A DNA stretch of 64,000 nt from Actinomycetes bacterium (GCA_021810205.1 JAJZJC010000001.1:8533-72532), one strand, 5' to 3'. Positions 1-10,168 are shown, counted from the stretch's first letter. A program made the numbers and translations. Notes: generated by a model from the sequence alone, not told the origin.

Positions 1-1
1 C

Positions 2-561
<560 letters not shown>

Positions 562-565
<4 letters not shown>

Positions 566-1509
566 CCCAGACCGCGAGCAGCAGGGAGCGCCACGCCCCC
601 CTGGTCGTGCTCGCCGCCGGGCGGGCGACCCGCTACGGGGGCGTGAAGCCGCTCGCGCCCGTCGGCGTAGGTGGCGAAGCCGTCATCGACGTGCTCGCGA
701 GCGACGCGCTCGCGGCGGGGTTCCAACGCATCGTGCTCGTGATCGGAGAGGACACCGGCGCCGCGGTCCGCTACCACGTCGAGCGCACCTGGCCGGATGA
801 CGTCGACGTCCGCTTCAGCGTCCAGCACACGCCCGACGGCACGGTCGGCGCGGTCTGCGCCGCGGCGTCCGCGCTGGACCCTGCAAGTCATTTCGCGGTG
901 GCGAACGCCGACGATCTCCCCAGCGTCGGGGCGCTCGCATCCCTCGCGGCGCACCTCTCGGGTGAGGCGCCAACCGATGTGCTCGTCTCCTTCCGCCTCG
1001 CCGACACGGTCATCGGCTCGTCGCCGGTCACCCGGGGGCTGTGCACGATCGGCGACGACGGGACCCTTCTCGCTCTCGAGGAACGCCGGCACGTCACGCC
1101 CCTCCCCGACGGACGCTTCGTTGCCGACGACGGGCGCCAGCCCAGAGAGCTCGACCCCGACCAGCCCGTCTCGGTGAACCTGTGGGGATTCTCCCCCGCC
1201 ATGCACGAGGTCTTCGCCGCAGCCATGGCGGTGCCGAGCAGCGGCGAAGTGCTCCTTCCCGACGTCGTCCACCACCTGCTCGTCGGCCGCGCGGACGGCG
1301 TGCTCGGCGGGGGCGGGGCACGCCATGGAGGCGCGGGACGCTTCCGCATCGACGTGCTGCGCGCCGCAGGGCGCTGCATCGGCGTCACGCACGCCGACGA
1401 CGTCCCGCTCGTCACCGCCGCCCTCGCCCGGGAAGTGGGCCGTGGGGAGCGCCCCGCGACGCTGTGGACCTCGCGCCCCGCGACGCGCTCGGCGGCCCGC
1501 CTGCCATGA
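562..1509 (+). CDS. Sugar-phosphate nucleotidyltransferase family protein
   Basis: ATG at 562 overlaps the fabH stop (ATGA). N-terminus LVVLAAGRATRYGGVKPLAPV is the NTP-transferase G-x-G-T-R loop, followed by a DDL acidic motif. Confidence 0.75.
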
Positions 1510-2429
1510 CGCGCTCCGCCCGACTGGGGGCGGCGCTCGGCATCAACGTGGCTCTCGTGGCCGCGGAGGTCGTCGCAGGCGGTATCGCCCACTCCTCGGC
1601 CCTCCTCGCCGATGCGGGGCACAACCTCGCCGACGTGGTCGCGGTCGTCGGCGCGCTCGGCGCGCTTCGTTGGACTCTCAGGCCACGGAGCGACGTTCGG
1701 TCCTTCGGGAACCACCGCGGCACGATCCTCGCCGCGCTCGGCAATGCCGCGCTGCTCGCGGTGGTCACCTGCGCGGTCGGCGCGCTCGGCGTCGACAGGC
1801 TCGTTCACCCGCTGCCCGTCGACGGGGCCCTCGAGGCGGTCGTGGCGGGCGCAGCGCTCGTCGCCAACGCGGCCGCCGCCTGGGTGCTACGAGACCCCAC
1901 GGGGGAGCTGAGCATGCGAAGCGTCGCGCTGCACATGTTGGGCGACGCGGCCGCCTCCGGCGCGGCCGTCGTCGCCGGCATCCTGATCGTGGCGGTCGGG
2001 CCGGCAGCCGAACGCGCGGACTCGGCGGCATCGCTTGCGGTCGCGGTCCTGATCGGGCTCCAGGCGGTGCGCCTCGTGCGAGAGAGTGCCGACGTGCTGT
2101 TGGAATCCACCCCCCCCGACGTGGACCTGCCCTCCCTGCGACGCGCCGTGACGGCGGTGCCGGGCGTCGGAGAGGTCCACGACCTGCATGTCTGGAGCCT
2201 GTCGAGCGACTACCGGGCGCTGTCCGCACATCTGGTGCTGGAGGGCCACCCCACGCTAGAAGAAGCCCAGCGGGTGGGCGAGAAAGTGCGTGGGCGGATG
2301 CTGCACGACTTCGGGATCGCGCACACCACCTTCGAGATGGAGTGCGAGCGGTGCGACGAGGAGACGCCCGATCCGTGCGGCATGGACGACCACCACGTCG
2401 GGCCGACGCCCACCGAGCTCTCTCGCTGA
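1506..2429 (+). CDS. Cation diffusion facilitator (CzcD/ZitB-like) metal efflux transporter
   Basis: ATG at 1506 overlaps the upstream stop (ATGA). Six hydrophobic helices carry HSSALLADAGHNLADV and HMLGDAAAS motifs. C-terminal cytoplasmic domain has VHDLHVWSLSS. Confidence 0.9.
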   Translation: MTRSARLGAALGINVALVAAEVVAGGIAHSSALLADAGHNLADVVAVVGALGALRWTLRPRSDVRSFGNHRGTILAALGNAALLAVVTCAVGALGVDRLVHPLPVDGALEAVVAGAALVANAAAAWVLRDPTGELSMRSVALHMLGDAAASGAAVVAGILIVAVGPAAERADSAASLAVAVLIGLQAVRLVRESADVLLESTPPDVDLPSLRRAVTAVPGVGEVHDLHVWSLSSDYRALSAHLVLEGHPTLEEAQRVGEKVRGRMLHDFGIAHTTFEMECERCDEETPDPCGMDDHHVGPTPTELSR

Positions 2430-3096
2430 GCGCACGCGAAGGGCATGCCCGGCCGGGCGTGCACCGTGCCCCCCGCAACGGTGCCCGCGGCCGGTGCCCG
2501 GACGCAGTGCCCGGACGCGGCGAGACCCCGAGTAACCGTCCGGCCGGAACCGTCCAGCTCCTCGGGGCCACGCCCACGGCGACCCGCTGCCGACGTTCCC
2601 GGAGCAGTGTCGGACAGCCCCGTTCCCGCCGACCGCGTCATCGGGCTCCAAGGAACCCTCCGACTCGTTGGACGAGCCACCTCGTTCGAATGGCCTTCCC
2701 CCGCCTGCCGGGCTACGCCTTCCGGCGCCTTCCGGTCCCGTCGGCCGACCTTGCGGCCTTCCGTCGGGGCACCGGGCTTGGCCTTTCGGCCCGCCCTTTT
2801 TCTCGTTCGTCGGTCCGCCTTTCGGCGCCCCTCCGTTCGATGGCGGGTTCGATCACTCGAACAATCGAGAGAGTGCTCCTCCTGCGACAAGAACGCAAGA
2901 GGTGCACGCGAAATCCCGAAGTTGTCCCCATGAATCCGAGCTGGGTCCCCAGGTGGGGATCCTTCATCCCCAATGAAGGCCACCCATGTCCCCAGGCCGT
3001 CCCCAGCTCCAGGAGTGGCGAGGCGGGACAGCACGCGGCAGTGGCGTCACGGGGTCCAGCCGCGAGGCCGCTTGCGGCGCCGTAGAGTCCGCCCCG

Positions 3097-3690
3097 ATGT
3101 CTGCGATGACCGCACAGCACGGCGCGGACGGCAAGCTGCGCTGCCCCTGGGCGATCGGCCCGTGGCTCACCCCCTACCACGACGACGAGTGGGGCACGGC
3201 GCTGCACGAGGACCGGCGCCTCTTCGAGCTGCTGGCGCTCGAGGGCGCGCAGGCGGGTCTCAGTTGGCTCACCATCTTGAAACGCCGCGAGCACTACCGG
3301 CGCGCCTTCTGCGGCTTCGACCCCGCGGTGGTCGCGGGGTTCGGCGCGCAGCAGCTCCGCGAGCTCATGGCGGACCCCGGTGTGGTCAGGAACCGCCTGA
3401 AGCTCGAGTCAGTGGTTGCGAACGCCGCGGGGGTCTCGAGGATCCAATCGGAGCTCGGCAGCTTCGACACGTACCTCTGGGACCGCGTGGACGGTGAGCC
3501 CGTTCGCAACACGTGGCAGTGCGCCACACAGGTGCCTGCGCAGACGCCGCTGTCCGTCGCCCTCGCCAAGGACCTTGCGCGCCGCGGCTTCCGCTTCGTG
3601 GGGCCGGTCACCTGCTACTCGTTCTTGCAGTCCGCCGGGCTGGTCATCGACCACCTCGTCTCCTGCTTCCGCCACTCGCCGAACGACTAG
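3097..3690 (+). CDS. tag: DNA-3-methyladenine glycosylase I
   Basis: RCPWA...YHDDEWG...LFELLALEGAQAGLSW..ILKRRE.YR.AF..FD matches the Tag family. Start placed at the internal ATG (MSAMTAQ) just before the conserved CPW. Confidence 0.9.
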   Translation: MSAMTAQHGADGKLRCPWAIGPWLTPYHDDEWGTALHEDRRLFELLALEGAQAGLSWLTILKRREHYRRAFCGFDPAVVAGFGAQQLRELMADPGVVRNRLKLESVVANAAGVSRIQSELGSFDTYLWDRVDGEPVRNTWQCATQVPAQTPLSVALAKDLARRGFRFVGPVTCYSFLQSAGLVIDHLVSCFRHSPND

Positions 3691-3693
3691 ACG

Positions 3694-4497
3694 CTAGGTG
3701 CCCGAGGTCGAGCTGGCCGACGGCGAGGTGCTCGAGGTCGAGCTGGCCGACGGCGAGGTGCCCGAGGTCGAGCTGGCCGACCCCTTGGCCGTCGGGCTGC
3801 TACCCGCTGTGAGCGACGGGCCTTGGAGGACGGTCACGTCGGCAACCTTCCAACGCCCGGCGACCTGACGCATGGTCACGACCATGCGCAGCACGTCGGT
3901 CTGCGGAGACGTGATCTTGTCGTTCACGTAGAGCTGGTCCACGACGGCGTAGACCGTCGCCTGGCCGCCGCCATAGCTCTGGACGTAGAGCGAGCGAACC
4001 TGCCCGCGCGATGAGGCGAGCGCCTTTTCGAGGTCCTGGCGGATGGCTGAGTTGAAGAACTTCTGGGCCTGAGTGGCGAAGTTGCCCGTCGCCATGGAGG
4101 TGACCGCGCCGAAGTCCGCGTCGACGGTCTTCGCGTCGAAATTGGTGAGATCGATGAGGAACGAGCGCGCGGACGCGCTCGCCTGTGCCTCTCCCGTCTG
4201 ACGTGCGTGAAGCCCGGCCCATGCGATGCCGAAACCGATCGTGCCCGCAAGTCCGAGGGCCGCCAGGACCGCGAGGCCCGCCACCCACGGGCCCGAGCGT
4301 CCACCCGTGACCCACCGCGGGCGGGCGCGCCGGTCCTCGGCCTCGTGGGGCGCCTGCGCCATCTGCTCGTCGGGCGCCTGCGCAGAGATGGTCCCCGACG
4401 CAGTCTCGGGTACGTCGGGCGCGTCGAGCACCCCCGTCGCCGCGGGCTCTTCGTCGTTGCCGGTCGCCGTGCCGACGACCTTCACTCCACTCGTCAT
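3694..4497 (-). CDS. Mce-associated membrane protein (Mas-like) with a Ser/Thr-rich repeat tail
   Basis: ATG at 4497 is preceded by GGAGAGG. One TM segment (GPWVAGLAVLAALGLAGTIGFGIAWAG) followed by the NTF2-like Mas domain (FLIDLTNFDAKTVDADFGAV...VYAVVDQLYVND). Lies directly downstream of mceF. Confidence 0.8.
   Translation of the reverse strand: MTSGVKVVGTATGNDEEPAATGVLDAPDVPETASGTISAQAPDEQMAQAPHEAEDRRARPRWVTGGRSGPWVAGLAVLAALGLAGTIGFGIAWAGLHARQTGEAQASASARSFLIDLTNFDAKTVDADFGAVTSMATGNFATQAQKFFNSAIRQDLEKALASSRGQVRSLYVQSYGGGQATVYAVVDQLYVNDKITSPQTDVLRMVVTMRQVAGRWKVADVTVLQGPSLTAGSSPTAKGSASSTSGTSPSASSTSSTSPSASSTSGT
3697..3780. repeat. 30-bp tandem repeat, about 2.8 copies, inside the 3' end of the Mas-like gene
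   Basis: Unit GGTGCCCGAGGTCGAGCTGGCCGACGGCGA repeats at 3697, 3727 and 3757. It encodes SASSTSGTSP-type decapeptides on the minus strand. Confidence 0.9.
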
Positions 4498-4600
4498 GGT
4501 TCCCCTCTCCTCGTTCCGGTGCGCCACCTCTTGGTGGGGCACTTGCCTCCTCGTCTCGTCGTTCGTCTCGTTCGTCTCCTCGGGTTGCGCGTCCCCGGCA

Positions 4601-5959
4601 TCACGCTCGGCGACGACGGCGCCGGCGAGCTGGGCGGACCCCCCACGCCAGGACGAGCGCCGGAAGGACGACGCCACCCAGCACGAGCAAGGGCACGTCG
4701 GATGGGCCGTGCTCGGAGCGATAGGCGGCGGTGGTCGCTGTCGGGTGGCTCGAGGCGCCCCAAGTCGCCGACGCGGCCTGGTCTCCCCGACCCCGCACCC
4801 GCGCGTCCGCCGGGCTCGGCGGGCGCAGCTGCCCCCCGGCGGCGGGCGTGAACCCCGGCTGGGTCGCCTCCCCGGCGCCGTTGCCGAGCTCGGTCTGGCA
4901 CGCTGCACCGGGGCGTACCGCAGGCAAGCCAGCGGGCGTCGGGTACTGGTCTCCCATCGGCGCGCCCGGCGGCAGGAGCAGACGGGTGCGCAGGAACGTC
5001 TGGTCGGGGTTCGCGCTCACGCCCGAGGTCAGCGGCTTCGCGGTGCCGGTGACCGCGACGGATGTGACGGCGCCGAAGAAGTACCTGTTCAGCCGCAGCG
5101 CCGACGAGAGGTTCGAGAGGTTGGCCGGTGCGTCGAGGTTCGCGTTCAGCTGGGCGAAGTCGTGGATGAGGCAGGCGAAGTCTGGGTTCTGGCTCTGGGA
5201 GAGCTTGGCGAGCTCCCCAGTCGCCGCGCCACCGTTCGTGAGGTCTCCGACGACCGCTGTCTTCTCCGCAGCGAGCACTTTCACGATCGACTCGGTGTTG
5301 GCGAGCGCCTGGGTGAGCTGCGGTCCACCGGCGCTCACCGCGTCCATCACCGGTGGCGCGTTGGCGAGCAGGGCCTCGAACTGGTGCTGGTAGGCCAAGA
5401 AGCGCTGCGAGAAGGCCGTGCTCGCCGAGATGATCGTACGGATGTTGCCGGACTCGCCCTGAAGCGCCTGGGCAAGCTCAGTGAGCAGGTCGTTCAGCTT
5501 GCCCGGCGGGATCGCCCTCAAGAGCTTGGTCGCCTCGGCGATCACCACCCCCACTTGGGCGGGAACGTCGTTTCGGGCCACTGGAACAACGGCCCCCGAG
5601 CGCAGCGGGGGTACGCGCCCGCCATGGCGGGGAGTGAGCTCGACGACCTGCTCACCGAGGTCGTTCGCGATGCCGATGCTCGCGACGACGTCGCTCGGCA
5701 CCGTCACGCCTGACTTGATCGACATGTCGACCTCCGCGCCCTTGCGCACGAGGCGCACCGCCGAGACGTCGCCCACAGGGACCCCGTTCAGCTCGACGGA
5801 GAAGTGTGTGTAGAGCCCAGAAGCGGTCGGGAACACCGCCGAGATCCTCGTCGTGGACAAGAACGGGTTGCCGAGCAGGTCGACCACGCCGTAGGCGACG
5901 AGCGCAGCGGCCACGAGGCCGAACACGACGAGATTGATCGCGAGCCGAGCGTTGCGCAT
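4601..5959 (-). CDS. Mce family protein (MceF position) with an extra C-terminal TM helix and poly-Arg tail
   Basis: N-terminal TM segment plus MlaD/Mce domain (RISAVFPTASGLYTHFSVELNGVPVGDVSAV). Start MRNARL at 5959 sits next to the mceE stop. C-terminus is VPLLVLGGVVLPALVLAWGVRPARRRRRRRA. Confidence 0.85.
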   Translation of the reverse strand: MRNARLAINLVVFGLVAAALVAYGVVDLLGNPFLSTTRISAVFPTASGLYTHFSVELNGVPVGDVSAVRLVRKGAEVDMSIKSGVTVPSDVVASIGIANDLGEQVVELTPRHGGRVPPLRSGAVVPVARNDVPAQVGVVIAEATKLLRAIPPGKLNDLLTELAQALQGESGNIRTIISASTAFSQRFLAYQHQFEALLANAPPVMDAVSAGGPQLTQALANTESIVKVLAAEKTAVVGDLTNGGAATGELAKLSQSQNPDFACLIHDFAQLNANLDAPANLSNLSSALRLNRYFFGAVTSVAVTGTAKPLTSGVSANPDQTFLRTRLLLPPGAPMGDQYPTPAGLPAVRPGAACQTELGNGAGEATQPGFTPAAGGQLRPPSPADARVRGRGDQAASATWGASSHPTATTAAYRSEHGPSDVPLLVLGGVVLPALVLAWGVRPARRRRRRRA

Positions 5960-5961
5960 CG

Positions 5962-6975
5962 TCACCCCTGCTTCGCGCACGTCGTGGCGGGTGTCTGTCC
6001 GGCACCCCCATCGGGCAGACCGCACACGATCAGGTTGTTCAGGATCTGCAGGAAGTTGGCGCGCACGGACTCTGACATCGACGCGTCGTGCGCTGGGAGC
6101 CACTGGAGGAGCTGCGCGAGATCCTGCTGGTGGATGGCCAACTGGCTGGAAACGGCTTCGAGCGCCTTGAGCTGGTCGACGATCTGGGGATACTCGCTCT
6201 GCAGAATTGTCGAACCTTGCTTGGAGACCGCATCGAGCGAGACGAGCAGTTGCTCGAAGCGTGTGGAGTTCTGGGCGAGGACCTTTGCGGTCGATGAGAG
6301 GTTCGAGATCGCCTTCGCGTCCGCTCCCGATGTCGGCGCCAGGGTCGATCCGAGCCGGTCGAGGCTGTGGACCACGGTCGTGATCTGTTTCGTGCGCGTG
6401 GCGTAGCCGGCGACGACTGTCGACAGGGAGTTCAAGAACTGGTGCAATGCGGCAGCCTCGCCCGAGAAGCCCTGACCGCCGGCGTTCACGATCTGAGCAA
6501 GGTCGCTCGCGGAGATCGCGCCGAAGACCTGCGATCCGTAGCCGATCACCTGTTCGACTGTCGGCACGATGCCCGTGCGCGCGATACGTTCCCCGTTCTC
6601 GAGGCGACCGACTGGGTGCCGGGGGACCGCCAGATCGATGAAGCGCTCGCCCAGGATCGTCGTGCGGTCGACCTTGGCGATGACGTTCGCCGGCACGTCC
6701 GCGCTCGTGTCGATCGACATCACCACCTTCGCCCGGTCACCGTCGAGCGAGATGGCGGTCACGCTCCCGACGGGGACGTCGGCCATCTTCACCTGGGCAC
6801 CCTGGGCCAGTGTGCCGACATCGGCGAAGAGCGCGGAGGTGGTGATCGTGCCTGCCGAGCCGATCCCGCAGCCCGACAGACCCAGCGCGAGGAGCGCGGT
6901 CCCGAGCAACGAGGTGACTACGGTCACAAGCCCGCGGCGGGCGGTCACCGGCGCACGGCCTCGCGGGGTGGTCAT
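5962..6975 (-). CDS. Mce family lipoprotein (MceE/LprK-like)
   Basis: Lipobox LALGLSGC after the signal peptide, and a Mce domain (ALFADVGTLAQGAQVKMADVPVGSV). The start overlaps the mceD stop (ATGA). Confidence 0.9.
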   Translation of the reverse strand: MTTPRGRAPVTARRGLVTVVTSLLGTALLALGLSGCGIGSAGTITTSALFADVGTLAQGAQVKMADVPVGSVTAISLDGDRAKVVMSIDTSADVPANVIAKVDRTTILGERFIDLAVPRHPVGRLENGERIARTGIVPTVEQVIGYGSQVFGAISASDLAQIVNAGGQGFSGEAAALHQFLNSLSTVVAGYATRTKQITTVVHSLDRLGSTLAPTSGADAKAISNLSSTAKVLAQNSTRFEQLLVSLDAVSKQGSTILQSEYPQIVDQLKALEAVSSQLAIHQQDLAQLLQWLPAHDASMSESVRANFLQILNNLIVCGLPDGGAGQTPATTCAKQG

Positions 6976-8954
6976 CGATGCGCCTTCCAGTCGGCGCGGA
7001 CGTCGTGGCGGCGGACGTCGTGGCGGCGGACGTCGTGGCGGTGGACGTCGTGGCGGTGGACACGGCTCGCGCCGCGACGCCGAGCGCGTGCGACGCCGCG
7101 CGCCGTCGCGAGATGCGAGCTGGGACGCGACCTGCGACGGTGCGCACCGGGCGCCGTCATCGGCAGCGGTGGCAGCTCGCGTGTGGCCTCAAGGCTGAGC
7201 GACGGCCCGTGGAGCGACGGCCCGTGGAGCGACGGCCCGCGGAGCGACGGCCCGCGGGCGGTGCCGCTCGCCAATCCATGCGATCCGGCGGCGGGGACGT
7301 CGTAGGAAAGGAGGCCGCCGAGCCCGCCGCTGTTCTTCGACGTGCCTGTCGTGGCGCTCTTCGGTGTCGACGACGTGCAGTCGGCTGTCGAGGCCGTCGG
7401 TGTCGTCGACCCCGGGGTCGTGGAATTCGTAGTCGGGGGCTGGGCCGAGCCGGAGCTGGTCCCACCAGCCCTGGTTGTCGGGCAGGCGGCCGAGCACTCG
7501 ATTGCTGTGTGCAACAGGCCGCCCAGGCATGTCTTGGCGGTCGATGTCGGCGTGGACGAGGTCGGGGCGGTGGTGCTCGAGCTTCCCGGCGACGACGCTC
7601 TGGGCGCGCTCGCCGGCGCAGTCTCCTTCGGGTTCGACGGCGGCGACGTGCCCACCCCGGGGATCCGATCGAGCCCCTGGTGGAGCATCTGGGCAGGCGA
7701 GGTCGGCGTCGGTAGCTTGCCGGCACGCACGTCGTTCAAGATCGTGGGCACCTCGCCGATGATCGGGTCGAAGAAACTCGACGCCGGTGTCCCGCACGTC
7801 GCCAGCGTCTGGCGGTCCTTCGATGTGAGCCCCGCCGCGTGGTGGGCGAGGATCCGACGGCACACACCAGCGAGCCTGTCGCGCACCATGCCGGCGAGAA
7901 TGGCCCCAGTGAGCCCCGCCGGCATCTGGGAGTTCAGTGTCAGCCAGTTGTATGTCGATGTGTAGACGCGCCGTGCGCCTGTGAACAGCGTCGTGGAGGC
8001 GGAGAGGATCTGGTCGATCGATGTGAGGTTCCGGTCGATGGTGCGTCCGACAGTGGTGACAGTCCCGATGTCGGACTCGAGGGGCGCGAGGTTCGGCACT
8101 AGCAGCTTGACCAGCTGTGTGCTTGCAGCGGAGAGCTGGGAGATCGCCCCGCCGAGCTGCGCGCCGTGCTGCGCGATCACGCCAGAGACAGTGTCGTAGT
8201 CGGAAATGAGCTGGGTGATCTGGGCCGAGCGCGAATCGAGGGTGCCGGTGAGCTGAGCCAGCGCGCCGTCGAGCTGACCCAGGTCGTTGGCCTTTGTGGC
8301 GAGCAGCTTCAAGGTGCCCGCCGCGCCCGAGATCAGCTGGTGCAGGTTCTTGCCCTGCCCTTGGAAGTCTTGCGCAAGGTTGGTCACGAGGTCGCCGACG
8401 GCGTGCGGGTTCACGCGCTTCAAGTACGTCTCGAGCGATCGCAACACCTGTTCGGTGGAGACGGGAACGGCAGTGCGCGACATGGGGATCACCGCTCCCC
8501 TCCCCAGCGCCGGCCCCCCCGTATAGCCCGGGGCAAGGTCGATGCTCGGCTCTCCCAGGATCTCGGGGCTGACGAGCGACGCGGTGGCGGTCGCCGGGAT
8601 CGCCCGGCCATGGTCGATGGCGAGGCCGACCTTCACCTCGTCGCCTACGTTGCGTACCGAGGTGACCGTGCCCACTGGCACGCCCACCACTTCGACGGCA
8701 GCGCCGGGGAACAGCCCCGGTGCCCGCGCGAAGACTGCGCTCACGGGATAGGTGCTCGTGCCGGTACCGACCTCTACGCCGGTGAGCACGCCAGCGAGGA
8801 GCGTCGCCGCTGCGAGCAGCCATCCCCACCGTCGCCACATGCTGCGCCGTACCCGTCGCAGCGGGGTGCCGCCCCCGTGGCCGACATCCGTCGAGGGCCA
8901 TGTGGTGGTCGGGGCAACCGTCTCGTCTTGGCGCGTCCGGGTGAAGATCGCCAT
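6972..8954 (-). CDS. Mce family protein (MceD position) with a long Ser/Thr/Pro-rich, pentapeptide-repeat C-terminal extension
   Basis: ATG at 8954 overlaps the mceC stop (TGATG). TM segment plus Mce domain (YPVSAVFARAPGLFPGAAVEVVGVPVGTV). The tail has GPSL(R/H) x4 and (H/R)RHDV x4 repeats. Confidence 0.85.
   Translation of the reverse strand: MAIFTRTRQDETVAPTTTWPSTDVGHGGGTPLRRVRRSMWRRWGWLLAAATLLAGVLTGVEVGTGTSTYPVSAVFARAPGLFPGAAVEVVGVPVGTVTSVRNVGDEVKVGLAIDHGRAIPATATASLVSPEILGEPSIDLAPGYTGGPALGRGAVIPMSRTAVPVSTEQVLRSLETYLKRVNPHAVGDLVTNLAQDFQGQGKNLHQLISGAAGTLKLLATKANDLGQLDGALAQLTGTLDSRSAQITQLISDYDTVSGVIAQHGAQLGGAISQLSAASTQLVKLLVPNLAPLESDIGTVTTVGRTIDRNLTSIDQILSASTTLFTGARRVYTSTYNWLTLNSQMPAGLTGAILAGMVRDRLAGVCRRILAHHAAGLTSKDRQTLATCGTPASSFFDPIIGEVPTILNDVRAGKLPTPTSPAQMLHQGLDRIPGVGTSPPSNPKETAPASAPRASSPGSSSTTAPTSSTPTSTAKTCLGGLLHTAIECSAACPTTRAGGTSSGSAQPPTTNSTTPGSTTPTASTADCTSSTPKSATTGTSKNSGGLGGLLSYDVPAAGSHGLASGTARGPSLRGPSLHGPSLHGPSLSLEATRELPPLPMTAPGAHRRRSRPSSHLATARGVARARRRGASRVHRHDVHRHDVRRHDVRRHDVRADWKAHR
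6999..7058. repeat. 15-bp tandem repeat x4 inside the mceD 3' end
   Basis: GACGTCGTGGCGG(C/T)G x4, encoding (H/R)RHDV repeats on the minus strand. Confidence 0.9.
7197..7256. repeat. 15-bp tandem repeat x4 inside the mceD 3' region
   Basis: GAGCGACGGCCCG(T/C)G x4, encoding GPSL(H/R) repeats on the minus strand. Confidence 0.9.
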
Positions 8955-10168
8955 CAGCCCGACCTCCCGGTGAGCGGGCCGAAGAGCTGGGACAGACCGC
9001 CGATCCCCGAGTCTGGGGCTGTGGATGGCAACGCGGTGTCCGAGGTCCGCCCCCCCGAGCCCCCCGGCCGTGTGGCCGCGGCCGCGGAAACCCCTGACGA
9101 CGACCCAGGAATGGGCCCTGTGCGTGTGGCGCAGGGCAGCGGTGTGGGACCGAGCGCGTCGTCGAGCGCGACTGTGAATGCGCCGCAGGAGCCGAGCGGC
9201 CCGGCGATCCCCGTCTCCCCGGTCGTGCTGATGTAGATGTTCGTCCATGTGAGCGGCGTGGACCCCGAATAGCCGATCGACGAAAAGCCCTTGAGCGCGG
9301 CGCCGAGGTACGACACCGCCTGCGCGAGATCGACTTGGTGCGCTCCCACGACGCCGAGCGTCGAGGTCAGGTGCCCGATGAGCGCGTCGATCGCCGGCCT
9401 GTCCTGGCTCAAGAGCCCGTTGGTCTGCGCGGCCATGGCATCGACGTTGTCGATGAGGTCGGCGAGCTGGGTGCTGTGACCGGCGAGACCGGCGGCCACC
9501 GTGTCCAGCTCGCTCACGGCTGTGGCGAGCTGCTGGTCGTGGTGAGCAAGCGTGCTGGCAAGCGCATTGGAGGAGTCGATGAGCTGACTGACCTCGGCGC
9601 TGCGATTGCTCACGGTGGTGGTCAGCTTCCCGAGCCCGTCGATGATCTCAGCAACCTGGCGCTGCTTGCCCTTGGTGATGTTGGCAAGCTGGGTGACGAG
9701 AGTGTTGAACGCTTTCGCGTTCGAGTGCTCGAGCAAGTGACCGGCTTCGTTGTTCAATTGGTAGAACTCGGTGGGGATGCTCGTGTCGGTGAGGACCGCA
9801 CCGCTTCGCAGCGGCTGGCGCCAGCCACCGATCGGATCGAGCGTCACGTCCACCACGCCGAGGAGCGTCTCGACCTCGATGTCTGCCGCCGTTCGTCGCG
9901 GCAGTACGACCCCGTCGTGGATGGTCATCGTCACGTCGACGCCGTTGCCACTGATCGTCGTCGAGTCGACGGTGCCCACCTTCACGCCGGCCAGCAGCAC
10001 CGCGCTGCCCTTGGAGACGCCGGCGGCGTTCGAAAAGCGAGCCGAGATCTGGTAGCCGGAGGCGAAGATGTGCCGGTTGGTGAAGAGCACAGCGGCGACG
10101 ACGGCCGCCATGACGATGACGATGATCGTGCCGATCACCTTTGGGCGACGTTCCGTGAAGGACTTCAC
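8954..10168 (-). CDS. Mce family protein (MceC position)
   Basis: GTG at 10168 overlaps the mceB stop (GTGA). TM segment (VIGTIIVIVMAAVVAAVLF) plus Mce domain (YQISARFSNAAGVSKGSAVLLAGVKVGTV). Confidence 0.85.
   Translation of the reverse strand: MKSFTERRPKVIGTIIVIVMAAVVAAVLFTNRHIFASGYQISARFSNAAGVSKGSAVLLAGVKVGTVDSTTISGNGVDVTMTIHDGVVLPRRTAADIEVETLLGVVDVTLDPIGGWRQPLRSGAVLTDTSIPTEFYQLNNEAGHLLEHSNAKAFNTLVTQLANITKGKQRQVAEIIDGLGKLTTTVSNRSAEVSQLIDSSNALASTLAHHDQQLATAVSELDTVAAGLAGHSTQLADLIDNVDAMAAQTNGLLSQDRPAIDALIGHLTSTLGVVGAHQVDLAQAVSYLGAALKGFSSIGYSGSTPLTWTNIYISTTGETGIAGPLGSCGAFTVALDDALGPTPLPCATRTGPIPGSSSGVSAAAATRPGGSGGRTSDTALPSTAPDSGIGGLSQLFGPLTGRSG

Noticed and set aside
2835-2860. tRNA/tmRNA-like T-loop strings (GGGTTCGATCA at about 2845; GGTTCGAAAC on the minus strand at about 58130).
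   Set aside because: No complementary T-stem, acceptor stem or anticodon arm can be drawn around either. I infer no tRNA or tmRNA.
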